A program made the translations under genes and the position numbers. From Candidatus Saccharimonadota bacterium (GTDB taxonomy: Bacteria; Bacteroidota; Bacteroidia; Cytophagales; Amoebophilaceae), in the NCBI RefSeq assembly GCF_965196625.1, contig NZ_OZ239769.1:420001-452000 (forward strand): a DNA stretch of 32,000 nt. Direction: 5' to 3'. Under the pieces are notes generated by a model. The model did not search any database. It was not told the DNA's origin and worked only from the letters and a program-made list of their open reading frames with translations. This document shows positions 9,507 to 18,756 of this stretch, piece after piece. Numbering within the stretch: the stretch's first letter is position 1; every line of letters begins with the position of its first letter.

Positions 9507-10502
9507 TTAAAATTCTTCATCCAGCTTAAATCGCGCTTTGTCTTTATCTTGAGAGATGCTGTTCATAACTCCTGATTTTTGGTATTCGCCTACTCTTTTT
9601 TCAAAGAAGTTGGTTTTACCCTGTAGGGCAATCATTTCCATAAAATCAAATGGGTTGGTTACATGATAGATTTTTTTGCATCCTAGCTCCAATAGCAATC
9701 TATCCGCAACAAACTGAATATATTGGGTCATCAATGCTGCATTCATGCCAATCAATTTAACCGGTAATGCATCGGATACAAATTCACTTTCAATCGTTAC
9801 CGCATCTGCTATAATTTTAGCAACCTGTTCCTCTGGAAGTTTGTGTTTGATATGTTGATTATACAGCAAACAAGCAAAATCACAGTGTAGGCCTTCATCT
9901 CTGGAAATGAGCTCATTAGAAAAGGTTAGCCCTGGCATGAGTCCTCTTTTTTTAAGCCAAAAAATAGCACAAAAACTGCCAGAAAAGAAAATCCCTTCTA
10001 CCGCTGCAAAGGCAATTAACCGCTCTGCAAAGGAACCTTTACTAATCCAACGTAGTGCCCAGTCTGCTTTTTTGCCTACCCACTCAATCGTTTCTATAGC
10101 GTTGAATAACCTATGGCGCTCTTTGGGGTCTTTCACATAGGTATCGATCAGTAAGGAATACGCTTCAGAGTGGATGTTTTCAATAGCGATCTGGAATCCA
10201 TAAAAAAACTTAGCCTCTGTATACTGTACTTCATTGGCAAAGTTTTGAACCAAATTTTCATTCACAATACCATCACTAGCCGCAAAAAAAGCAAGTACAT
10301 GGGTAATAAAATGCTTTTCACCAGATGTTAAATTTTCCCAGTCTTTTATATCCTGACTAAGGTCAATCTCTTCTGCGGTCCAAAAACTGGCCTCTGCTTG
10401 CTTATAAAAGCTCCAAATATCGTGATGCTCAATAGGAAATAAAACAAACCTATTTTTATTCTCTTGCAAAAGAGGTTCATCTGCATAAGTATAGTTGTTC
10501 AT
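9507..10502 (-). CDS. nrdB: Ribonucleoside-diphosphate reductase beta subunit (R2)
   Basis: Di-iron/tyrosyl radical protein motifs: [43 protein letters not shown]. Acidic C-terminal tail ...FKLDEEF. Confidence 0.97.
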   Translation of the reverse strand: MNNYTYADEPLLQENKNRFVLFPIEHHDIWSFYKQAEASFWTAEEIDLSQDIKDWENLTSGEKHFITHVLAFFAASDGIVNENLVQNFANEVQYTEAKFFYGFQIAIENIHSEAYSLLIDTYVKDPKERHRLFNAIETIEWVGKKADWALRWISKGSFAERLIAFAAVEGIFFSGSFCAIFWLKKRGLMPGLTFSNELISRDEGLHCDFACLLYNQHIKHKLPEEQVAKIIADAVTIESEFVSDALPVKLIGMNAALMTQYIQFVADRLLLELGCKKIYHVTNPFDFMEMIALQGKTNFFEKRVGEYQKSGVMNSISQDKDKARFKLDEEF

Positions 10503-10872
10503 CTGATTGTTTCGTTTTTACGGGTTGGTAAGTGATATACAATTTAAGGCCATAAACTGATAGGTACAACAAACTTAGCTAAATGAAACCAAAGGTTCAA
10601 CACCAGCCATAATTTCTTATGCGATTTACTGCATTTGCATAAATGCATTTAATTGAAAATTAAACAAATAACCTAAACTGATATCTAGGCTCAATAATGA
10701 TTATGAATGGTTAAACATTTTGATGGTTCATAACAAATAATTAGATTTAAACCCTCTGTTTCCTTTTTCTTGGTTTAGGCCTAATGTACAATTTAGGTAT
10801 AAGATTAGGTATAAGAAACGGACCTTTAGGGGGTTGGTTTTTAATTTACTGGCATTTTAATATTGCATCATT

Positions 10873-11850
10873 ATGGTCGTTTCACAACTCTATTGCTACC
10901 TTTTTATCATCACTGGGTCGCTTATGTTTTTTTATTTTTTTCCAGTTGGTCTTTGGATTACGGCCCGTTTTTCTGGCGTAAAAGTTGGCCTATTTGAGTT
11001 GGTTTTTATGCGCATTCGTAAAGTTCCCCCTAGTGTTATTGTAGATGGGCTTATTGTAGCCACTAAAGCTGGTCTTAAGTTAACCCTCATGGAGGTTGAA
11101 ACCCACTATTTAGCCGGTGGTCATGTACCATCTGTTATTAAAGCCCTTATTTCTGCAGATAAAGCCAATATTAGCCTTTCTTTTAAACAGGCTACAGCTA
11201 TTGACTTAGCCGGTAGGGATGTATTTGAGGCAGTGCAAATTTCCGTTAATCCAAAAGTGATTAACACGCCCTCTGTAGCCGCTGTGGCTATGGATGGCAT
11301 TCAGCTCATTGCCCAAGCAAGGGTTACGGTTAGGGCCAATATTCAGCAGTTGGTAGGTGGTGCGGGAGAAGAAACCATTTTGGCCCGTGTAGGGGAGGGC
11401 ATTGTTACCTCGATTGGTTCTTCTGCAAGCCACAAAGAAGTATTGGCCAATCCTGATAAGATTTCACAATTGGTATTGAATAGAGGCTTGGATGCAGGCA
11501 CTGCTTTTCAGATACTTTCTATTGACATTGCGGATGTCAATGTAGGCGACAACATTGGTGCCAAGCTCCAGATTGACCAAGCCAATGCTGACTTACGCGT
11601 AGCAGATGCTAAGGCAGAGGAAAAGCGTGCTATGGCAGTCGCCTTAGAGCAAGAAATGAAGGCTAAATGTGAGGAGGCAAGGGCTAAGGTTATTCTAGCT
11701 GAAGCAGAAGTACCACAAGCTTTGGCATTGGCCTTAAAAAATGGCCAACTGGGTGTTATGGATTATTACCGGATGCAAAATATAAAAGCAGATACGGAAA
11801 TGCGTACAAGTGTAGCAGCAGATGACCTACTCCCCGGTAAAGGCAATTAG
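10873..11850 (+). CDS. floA: Flotillin-like protein FloA (SPFH domain, YqfA/UPF0365 family)
   Basis: Near-colinear match to the B. subtilis YqfA/FloA sequence as I remember it: [83 protein letters not shown]...NI.ADT.MR. Confidence 0.9.
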   Translation: MVVSQLYCYLFIITGSLMFFYFFPVGLWITARFSGVKVGLFELVFMRIRKVPPSVIVDGLIVATKAGLKLTLMEVETHYLAGGHVPSVIKALISADKANISLSFKQATAIDLAGRDVFEAVQISVNPKVINTPSVAAVAMDGIQLIAQARVTVRANIQQLVGGAGEETILARVGEGIVTSIGSSASHKEVLANPDKISQLVLNRGLDAGTAFQILSIDIADVNVGDNIGAKLQIDQANADLRVADAKAEEKRAMAVALEQEMKAKCEEARAKVILAEAEVPQALALALKNGQLGVMDYYRMQNIKADTEMRTSVAADDLLPGKGN

Positions 11851-11865
11851 CTGGTAAAGCATTTT

Positions 11866-12558
11866 TTAGCTATAGATGTCGTTATTTTTGAGCAGATGTG
11901 GTCTTCTTTTTTTCGTTCTAGCCATTGCTTCTTGCTGCATCCACTGCTGAATGGCCTTGTGGTTGCCAGAGCACAATACATCTGGGACCTTTTTACCCTC
12001 AAAGTTGTAAGGCCGTGTATAAGCCGGTGGCGCTACGCACCCATCTTGAAAAGAGTCTGTCAGTGCAGAAAAAGCATCCGATATCACACCTGGTATAACC
12101 CGAGCCATAGCATCTGCTAAGATAAGTGCAGGCAGTTCGCCTCCGGAGAGGACATAATCTCCAATACTGATTTCCAGTGTAATAAAGTGTTCACGAATCC
12201 GTTCATCTATCCCTTTGTAATGGCCACATAATAGTATCAAATGTTGCTTGAGCGAACATTTGTTTACAAGATCTTGGTGCAATAGCTCACCATCTGGCGC
12301 CATATATATGACCTCATCATAGTTTCTTTCTTTTTGAAGTGCTCTAATGCAATTGGCAATTGGCTCCACCATTAACAGCATTCCAGCAGCTCCACCATAG
12401 GGTTGGTCATCAATTTTACCATGCCTATATGGCGTATAGTCGCGCAAATTATGTATATAAATTGAAAGCAGCTGCTGCTGCATGGCGCGCTGAAAGATAA
12501 AGTGTTTCAGTGGACCCTCAAACAACTGAGGACAACAAGTTATAATATCAAGCCGCAT
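11866..12558 (-). CDS. trmD: tRNA (guanine37-N1)-methyltransferase
   Basis: MRLDIITCCPQLFEGPL..., IYMAPDGELL, LLCGHYKGIDERI, EISIGDYVLSGGELPALILADAMARVIPGV. 230 aa. Confidence 0.95.
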   Translation of the reverse strand: MRLDIITCCPQLFEGPLKHFIFQRAMQQQLLSIYIHNLRDYTPYRHGKIDDQPYGGAAGMLLMVEPIANCIRALQKERNYDEVIYMAPDGELLHQDLVNKCSLKQHLILLCGHYKGIDERIREHFITLEISIGDYVLSGGELPALILADAMARVIPGVISDAFSALTDSFQDGCVAPPAYTRPYNFEGKKVPDVLCSGNHKAIQQWMQQEAMARTKKRRPHLLKNNDIYS

Positions 12559-12604
12559 CCAAGTAGGAAAAACACTTCGTTAAGGATCCACCTATAAAGA
12601 TATG

Positions 12605-12679
12605 TAGCGAGGAGGGGAATTGAACCCCCGACCTTCGGGTTATGAATCCGACGCTCTAAACCGCCTGAGCTACCTCGCC
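12605..12679 (-). tRNA. tRNA with CAU anticodon (Met, initiator or Ile2-lysidine type not resolved). No encoded CCA.
   Basis: Reverse complement folds as a cloverleaf: GGCGAGG TA GCTC AGGCGGTTTA GAGC G TCGGA TTCATAA CCCGA AGGTC GGGGG TTCAATT CCCCT CCTCGCT A. The anticodon loop is TT-CAT-AA. Confidence 0.9.
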
Positions 12680-12763
12680 ATATATTTCCTTTGTTAGGTT
12701 ATATAGCTATAGTACTTAAATTGTTGCTATATTTATGGTAAAGTTAGCCACAAATTTATAAAA

Positions 12764-14323
12764 ATGAACCATATTGCCATCAAAAAAATTGATAAACTGC
12801 TATTGCGTACCTTTATAACAACCTTTATCCTACTGCTTGCACTGGTATTATTTGTAATGGTTATACAAACTTTTTTTCTGTTATTTGCCAATATTGCAGG
12901 TAAAGGATTAGGGATCGATATTTACGCAAAGTTAATGTTTTACTTATCTTTAGATGCATTTCCTAGTGTTTTTCCTATTGCCATTCTAATAACTTCTTTG
13001 CTTGTTTTTGGTAATCTTTCTGAAAGCTTTGAATTAACCGCTATGCGTTCTGTAGGTTTTTCTCTACAGCGTACCTTACGTTTTCCTTTTATTTTTATTC
13101 TTTTTTTAAGTGGTGCCCTCTTCTATTTTCAGGATTATATTCATCCAAATAGCAAACAGAAAGTGTTTGCACTGATGCGTGATATCGGCAAAAAAAAAGC
13201 TGCTGTATTTATTCAAGAAGGTGTTATTTGTAATAACATACCAGGGTATAGCATTCGGGTAGATAAAAAGCTAAGCGATAATGAACATATGGAAGGGATT
13301 ATTGTTTATGATTATACTAAAAGGTATGGAACCGTTTCTATAACCACTGCGCAAAAAGGTAAGCTCTATACTACGCCAAATGAGGGAGCTTTGGTTATGG
13401 AGCTCACCAATGGATATAATTATGTAGAACCTTTACCTGATAAAAATAATGATGCCAAGTCTGATCAGAAGCCCTCTTTTTATAGAAATAGTTTTGCCAT
13501 GCAAAAGATAAGGATTAGCTTAGATGCACTTAAGATGGGCAAAACAAATGATAAATTTGCATATGAACCAAGGGCAAGCACGCGTCCACATCTAAAGAAA
13601 ATGATTCAAAAAAGATGGCAAGAAATTGTAGATCACGATAAACGCAGTAAAAATGTGCTGGCCAAGCAGACGATGCATTATCATGCCCCAGAAGCCTCTA
13701 CTGCGCAATTAGATGACCACCAGATGGAGGCATTGGCACCATCTATTCAAGAAACCACCCAAGATGCTGATTTTATATTATTTAGGAATCAGCTTATAGA
13801 AAAAAAAGTTGATGCTAGTATAGAACGTCATCTCCAACACGATCGCCATACCTTAGCAAAATGGGTTGTTCGGGATGCCTTGAGGCGTGTAAAAAAAATA
13901 AAAAATGGCTTAATAACCCACAAGGATCATAAAGCCTTATTTCATGAGGATTTAAATTCTGCCTTGTATGAAAAACAACATCGCTTTGCAGTAGCCATGC
14001 GGTGTGTCATTATGTTTTTGCTAGCAGCTCCCCTAGGTTGCCTTATTAGACGAGGTGGATTTGGGGTATCTGTATGCATTAGTTTCTTTTTTATACTCCT
14101 GGAGTATATTCTTTCTTTACTCGGGAAAGACTGGGCTATCTCCAATACCATTCCCACTTTTATAGGTGCTTGGCTTGCTAATTTTATATTGTTGCCTTTT
14201 TGTTGCTTCTTTTTGCTAAAAGCCCAGCAAGGCAGGGGATTATGTTCAACTAACTGGCACGTTTTTTATGGAAAAATTAAAAAAATCATTCAGCGAAACG
14301 TGCATACAACCACAAAAGTATAG
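12764..14323 (+). CDS. LptF/LptG-family (YjgP/YjgQ) permease with an enlarged central loop
   Basis: N-terminus IKKIDKLLLRTFITTFILLLALVLFVMVIQTFF is typical of YjgP/YjgQ permeases. There are multiple TM segments at both ends, around a roughly 250-aa hydrophilic middle. Confidence 0.75.
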   Translation: MNHIAIKKIDKLLLRTFITTFILLLALVLFVMVIQTFFLLFANIAGKGLGIDIYAKLMFYLSLDAFPSVFPIAILITSLLVFGNLSESFELTAMRSVGFSLQRTLRFPFIFILFLSGALFYFQDYIHPNSKQKVFALMRDIGKKKAAVFIQEGVICNNIPGYSIRVDKKLSDNEHMEGIIVYDYTKRYGTVSITTAQKGKLYTTPNEGALVMELTNGYNYVEPLPDKNNDAKSDQKPSFYRNSFAMQKIRISLDALKMGKTNDKFAYEPRASTRPHLKKMIQKRWQEIVDHDKRSKNVLAKQTMHYHAPEASTAQLDDHQMEALAPSIQETTQDADFILFRNQLIEKKVDASIERHLQHDRHTLAKWVVRDALRRVKKIKNGLITHKDHKALFHEDLNSALYEKQHRFAVAMRCVIMFLLAAPLGCLIRRGGFGVSVCISFFFILLEYILSLLGKDWAISNTIPTFIGAWLANFILLPFCCFFLLKAQQGRGLCSTNWHVFYGKIKKIIQRNVHTTTKV

Positions 14324-14774
14324 ATGTATTAATCTATATGGCCACCAATAAAAAGTTGGCACACCGTCAAGGTAAAACGTTCCCTTGGAAAAAGTTGCGC
14401 CCAGAAAGTGCAGTTTACAAAGTACCAGTTCAGTAGCTACTTGCAACTGGCTACTAGCCCATGTGTGCGTCAGAGAAGTAGAAGGTGGTAATGGATTGGA
14501 CATGGCAAAATTAAATGGAAATAAGAAAATATAGGCCAGCAACTTTTCTATTAATACTTCCACGAGCTTAAAAAAATAACTTAAAAAATAAAAATGGGAA
14601 CGTTGTTATAAACAAACGAAATAAAATAGTCCTTTATCCAAACATGAAAGTATTGCTATCCATCTATCATCTCTTCAAATATCCTTGTAAAGTTACCTGA
14701 ACGTTAGCTGGCATTAGTATCTCTAATCTCATTATATATATTTTTGTATGGACTAAAAAGCTAAACAATGTAAA

Positions 14775-15047
14775 CTAACAATAAACATACAAAGCGCCCA
14801 AAAAATTAAGCATAGCTCCCCCTATTATTTTGCAAGTAGTGATTCGAAGTAAACTTACATTAGACTCGGTTATCCCATTCAAAAGGCTAAATGTCTTTAA
14901 GTTTGGCTCTGAAGAAAGGGAGGAAGATAACAAAACACCTGCTGCTTGCAGATATGCGGCACCAGCCATCACTATCAAAATAAAATAGCGCCACCCACCG
15001 CTCTCTCCAAACCGAATAGATATAGTGGATTGATTACAAATAGGCAA
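14775..15047 (-). CDS. Hypothetical small membrane protein. The first 23 codons lie inside a duplicated module.
   Basis: 90-aa ORF. The N-terminus MPICNQSTISIRFGESGGWRYFI is repeated at 16212..16144. No family recognised, so it may not be a real gene. Confidence 0.3.
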   Translation of the reverse strand: MPICNQSTISIRFGESGGWRYFILIVMAGAAYLQAAGVLLSSSLSSEPNLKTFSLLNGITESNVSLLRITTCKIIGGAMLNFLGALYVYC

Positions 15048-15201
15048 TAAAATGCACTATATTAAAAATAAGTTACCATTGTAGGAGGGTATATTTTTTT
15101 TCCTTAGGCTTTTGTATGATCAGAAAAAGAATAGTATATTCTCTTACTGATTTTTTATTTTTACTTTTAAAGCTAAGTCAATGATAAATTTTAAAAAAAA
15201 G
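14978..15201. repeat. ~224-bp direct repeat, copy 1 (divergent-promoter / 5'-end module; partner at 16144..16364)
   Basis: aataaaatagcgccacccaccgctctctc.aaaccgaatagatatagtggattgattacaaataggcaataaaatgcactatattaaaaataagttaccattgtaggagggtat... through atga.aaattttaaaaaaaag. Nearly identical in both copies. Confidence 0.9.
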
Positions 15202-15735
15202 CTATTCTCGACCTTATTAGTCTTTCAGGTATTATCTTCTTGTTCAGGTACAAAAAAGGAGCTAGGTATGAATGTATATAACGGAAGCTTGATATGTACT
15301 CCGGCTACAATAGTACCAGGAATATCCCCTAATATAACTCAGATGCAAACGGACCAAATGGACCAAGCACTAAAGAATCTTGATATAGGCAAACAAAAAT
15401 GGGAAAACTCCACATCTGATGATTCATCTAAAACGAGCACCAGATCCATAATCGTATATAACCACCATCTGTGTAAGCGACGGTCACATTCCCCAATTCG
15501 ACTTGGCAATAAAGTTGAATATGAATGTGCCTTTAATACGAACTCACTATTCCATCCGTACAACTATACGTGTACTGAGCATGAATTTCTTAATAAAACA
15601 AGATATATTCAATGGGAAAAGGTCTATCCAGCAGCATTACCAATGACGTATAGAAAGGAGCGTCAATGTCCAAATGCCTTTGGTAGACTTACCCCTCCTA
15701 TTGATAATTCAATAATTTGCGCAGGACTCTTCTAA
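15181..15735 (+). CDS. Hypothetical Cys-rich lipoprotein
   Basis: Signal peptide with lipobox (LLVFQVLSSC|SG). 184 aa with several Cys residues. No recognisable family. Confidence 0.55.
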   Translation: MINFKKKLFSTLLVFQVLSSCSGTKKELGMNVYNGSLICTPATIVPGISPNITQMQTDQMDQALKNLDIGKQKWENSTSDDSSKTSTRSIIVYNHHLCKRRSHSPIRLGNKVEYECAFNTNSLFHPYNYTCTEHEFLNKTRYIQWEKVYPAALPMTYRKERQCPNAFGRLTPPIDNSIICAGLF

Positions 15736-16143
15736 AAATTAAGGCAATTTAACTGTATCGGTTCAGAAGCCTTCTTTATACAAAGGAAAAGCCATTAGGA
15801 ATAGGAGTGTACCATCATCAACCTTTCTAATCATTAGTTCTGTTATTTTTTTATTAGCATTCTACCCTGATTCTATATGGTTTTCCCTTTGTATAATTGC
15901 AGCATTCCACCTTGATTCTATAAGGATCATCATCTGCGTGATATGTTCTAAAACCAAGGCTTTTTATTAAAGAAACCCAATTGGTAATACAATGATCTTG
16001 CTTTGAATCCCCCTTTCCAATAAAGCTTTAATGCCTCCCCATTGACCATGACCCAGTATGATTAAATGCCCTATAGCTTCTAATTTTGTAACCAATACCC
16101 AAAAGGGGCACAGATCCCCACCAATGAGGGAATTTCGATTTCC

Positions 16144-16364
16144 AATAAAATAGCGCCACCCACCGCTCTCTCTAAACCGAATAGATATAGTGGATTGATT
16201 ACAAATAGGCAATAAAATGCACTATATTAAAAATAAGTTACCATTGTAGGAGGGTATGTTTTTTTCCTTAGGCCCTTGTATGATTAGAAAAAGAATAGTA
16301 TATCCTCTTACTGATTTTTTATTTTAACTTTAAAACTAAACCAATGAAAAATTTTAAAAAAAAG
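16144..16364. repeat. ~221-bp direct repeat, copy 2 (partner at 14978..15201)
   Basis: Same module as copy 1. Here the plus-strand lipoprotein start is followed by only 16 codons (MKNFKKKKLKISYSEN*) before the dCTP-deaminase-like cassette begins. Confidence 0.9.
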
Positions 16365-16374
16365 AAACTTAAAA

Positions 16375-16905
16375 TCAGTTATTCAGAAAATTGAAATCTT
16401 TGAAAAATTTTGAACCTATCGGCCCTTTTGACTCTTGATATTGGCCATCATATAATTTTATATCTCCTTTAGGTTTCCAAAAAGAAACTTGCCCAATCCT
16501 CATCCAAGGATATATTCTCACTTGCAGAGTACTATATAATTGAAAGGTTACATTACCATGTGAGCCAATGTCAATTAAGTCTGCAGTAACATGTACAAAT
16601 AAACCTAACCTGGCAATACTAGATCTAGCATGAATAATGGGAACGTAATAATCACTACCAATTTCCTCAACACTGTGCCCTAACAAGAACTCACCTTGGT
16701 TAAGAACCATACCATCTTCTTCAATCTCAAAAATTTCATATGGGTTTTCTTTTTTAGGATCTATAACTGCATTAGTATACCTTAAAAACTTTTTTCCCAA
16801 AGTAAGGTCATAAGAATTTGTTGTGATATTCCTATAGTCAAAAGGATTAATATTTATTCGTTTGTTATTGAATTCTTCTCTAATAAATACTCCAGTTAAG
16901 ATCAT
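16375..16905 (-). CDS. dcd: dCTP deaminase-fold protein (176 aa) with Gln at the catalytic Glu position
   Basis: MILTG...INPFD...NSYDLTLGKKF...ARSSIARLGLFVHVTADLIDIGSHGNVTFQLYS...RIGQVSFWKP aligns by eye to the E. coli Dcd block [31 protein letters not shown]. The E of VLEF corresponds to Q here. Confidence 0.8.
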   Translation of the reverse strand: MILTGVFIREEFNNKRININPFDYRNITTNSYDLTLGKKFLRYTNAVIDPKKENPYEIFEIEEDGMVLNQGEFLLGHSVEEIGSDYYVPIIHARSSIARLGLFVHVTADLIDIGSHGNVTFQLYSTLQVRIYPWMRIGQVSFWKPKGDIKLYDGQYQESKGPIGSKFFKDFNFLNN

Positions 16906-16917
16906 TTTTTCTAAGTT

Positions 16918-17415
16918 TTACATTGTAAATGTTGAAGTTGTTGGATCATTATATGCTGAATACCCCCCCTTATAGTGATTAATTTTACCAAAATTTTCCC
17001 AAAATGATATTTGTCCAATAATCATATATGGATATAAAATAATAGGCTTTGTAGCTACTATTTCTAAAGTCCATTTATGTGATGCGCCTGTATGTCCCAG
17101 GTCTGCTGAAACTTGAATGAATAATCCATATCTTCCAACAGAACCACGTCCTACTAAACGCATTGCAAAATCACTACTACCTAAAACTTCATAAGTATGC
17201 CCCAGGTACATCGTGTGAGGCATAAGTTCATATCCTTCTTTTGGAATATCAATAAAATTAAATTTAGGAAATTCTGCTTCAGTTTCAGGAATACCAAGTT
17301 TCAGTCCTAATCTATAGCTATAGCTATTTGGATTTATTTGATTGAATACATACGGATCAATTGTGATTTTTCCTGTTTGTTGCATTTTATTTATTTCTAA
17401 ACCAGTCAGTATCAT
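16918..17415 (-). CDS. dcd: dCTP deaminase-fold protein (165 aa) that keeps the catalytic Glu but has a divergent IDPG motif
   Basis: MILTG...IDPY...NSYSYRLG...GRGSVGRYGLFIQVSADLGHTGASHKWTLEIVA...IIGQISFWEN. It matches the same fold block, including a WTLEI motif like that of short Bacteroidota Dcd proteins. Confidence 0.8.
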   Translation of the reverse strand: MILTGLEINKMQQTGKITIDPYVFNQINPNSYSYRLGLKLGIPETEAEFPKFNFIDIPKEGYELMPHTMYLGHTYEVLGSSDFAMRLVGRGSVGRYGLFIQVSADLGHTGASHKWTLEIVATKPIILYPYMIIGQISFWENFGKINHYKGGYSAYNDPTTSTFTM

Positions 17416-17744
17416 TTTTACTTTATTAACTTGAATTTGAAGCTAGAAGGTAAATATTGCGATAAAAAAGCTTTTTTGTATTTCAAACTTTTCAATTTAA
17501 AAATAAAATCTCCAACTATATGCATAGGCACTATTTTATACTTTATAAGTGGGTAGGGGTAATGCGTACCCAAAATGTCTGTATAGAGTCCTAGAATATA
17601 TTTTTTACTATCTATTTTGGGTATACGTCACATGCAGCTGTAGTAGCTAAGCACGTCTAATATGAAGCCCAATGCAGGCCATAAGCCTAGAACTACTTCC
17701 CAAAATGAAATAAGCCGACATCTTATCTTCTGGGCTAGATGATG

Positions 17745-18195
17745 ACTAATTTCATGATATTAAAGATTTAGTAAATAAAAATAAACCAGATAATTACGGA
17801 AAGACCGCATTGCATATTGCAGCCGAAACGGAAATAGAAATCTTATTAACAGACTCTTATATAATGTTGCTAACACAGGCGATCTAAATATTTTTAAAAT
17901 GATCTTGGCTAATTTTAGCGTGGGTAAAGATATAAATATAATTTCAATTACACAAAAAATAAATAAAGCAAGAAATACCGTACTGCATCTTTCAGCTCTT
18001 TAGGGAAGGGTAGATTTTTTAAAAGCGATCCTAGAAGTATTGATAAAGGTAAATGTTCATTCAAAAGAATGTATAAATATAATTTTAATGATGCCAAATA
18101 AAGGTAATCTTACGCTCGCTTGATACTGCAGCCATAAATGGTCATTTAGTTATTGTTAAATCTATCTTTGATAATGCAGATATATATGCTAATTT
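17745..18195 (+). pseudogene. Ankyrin-repeat gene remnant with in-frame stops and frameshifts
   Basis: Fragments in shifting frames: NYGKTALHIAAETEIEILL; NTGDLNIFKMILANFSVGKDINI...ARNTVLHLSAL*GRVDFLKAILEVL; LDTAAINGHLVIVKSIFDNADIYAN. Confidence 0.75.
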
Positions 18196-18400
18196 CGTCC
18201 TTATATACACTAACAACCTTGGATGGATCAAAGGCTGTGGAGGCATTCTCTAAAAACTGACGTTTCCAATTTTGAAGAGTTTTGCTAGTGACGCCATGTT
18301 TGGACGACAGCTCAACTAGCGTTAAATCTTCTTTTAGTAAGGCTAATACTATTTTAGTCTTTTCTTCCGAACTAAAATGCCTAATCTTTTTCCTTCCCAT
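18196..18400 (-). mobile_element. IS3-family transposase OrfA (HTH) fragment, truncated against the ankyrin remnant
   Basis: MGRKKIRHFSSEEKTKIVLALLKEDLTLVELSSKHGVTSKTLQNWKRQFLENASTAF matches the IS3/IS911-type OrfA helix-turn-helix pattern. The remainder of track ORF 18146..18400 is antisense to ankyrin sequence. Confidence 0.7.
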
Positions 18401-18756
18401 CTGATTAATTTATTTTATGACTTTAAAACTAAACCATACGGAAAATAAAGTAAAAGATTTTTGTCCTATTTTTTCAGTCCATTATAGTTAACAAAACAAA
18501 TGGTTTATTTGTTTTTTGTTAAAAAATCATTCAACTTTGTAAAAGTTTATTGTTGATTAAGAGACGATTTTATCTCTATAGTTTTTATTCAAAAAATTTT
18601 TTATGAAAAAGTATTTCGGTTTTTTACCGATTTTCGCATCCTGTTATGGGTTAGATCAGTCTAATAATATGTTGCCAAATTAATATGCTCATAGAAAAAT
18701 AAAAATCCAAAGCATCGCTTAAAAGAACTCAATATAAAAATATTAAAACGTTAAAA

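Noticed and set aside
10784-10981. Track ORF 10784..10981 (+) overlapping the floA start
   Set aside because: It is in a different frame from floA, and the FloA N-terminus aligns from 10873, so no independent gene is needed. It might only mark the floA 5' leader.
10503-11850. floA lacking the usual upstream nfeD-type partner gene as a notable anomaly
   Set aside because: The partner may simply be encoded elsewhere or be absent in this lineage, and this cannot be evaluated from one window.
6761-12120. Short antisense ORFs inside nrdA (6761..6955), nrdB (9907..10140), floA (11206..11433) and trmD (11896..12120)
   Set aside because: Each lies wholly within a strongly supported conserved gene on the opposite strand.
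13942-14563. Track ORFs 13942..14157 (-) and 14246..14563 (-)
   Set aside because: The first is antisense within the permease gene. The second overlaps its 3' end, has no recognisable motif and no plausible start context. The region 14324..14770 otherwise looks non-coding.
15850-16212. Possible GNAT acetyltransferase remnant on the minus strand (LIILGHGQWGGIKALLERG ... ITNWVSLIKSLGFRTYH in two frames)
   Set aside because: The motif resemblance is weak and needs a frameshift near 15990..16010. I cannot distinguish it from chance without an HMM search, so it is not reported as a feature.
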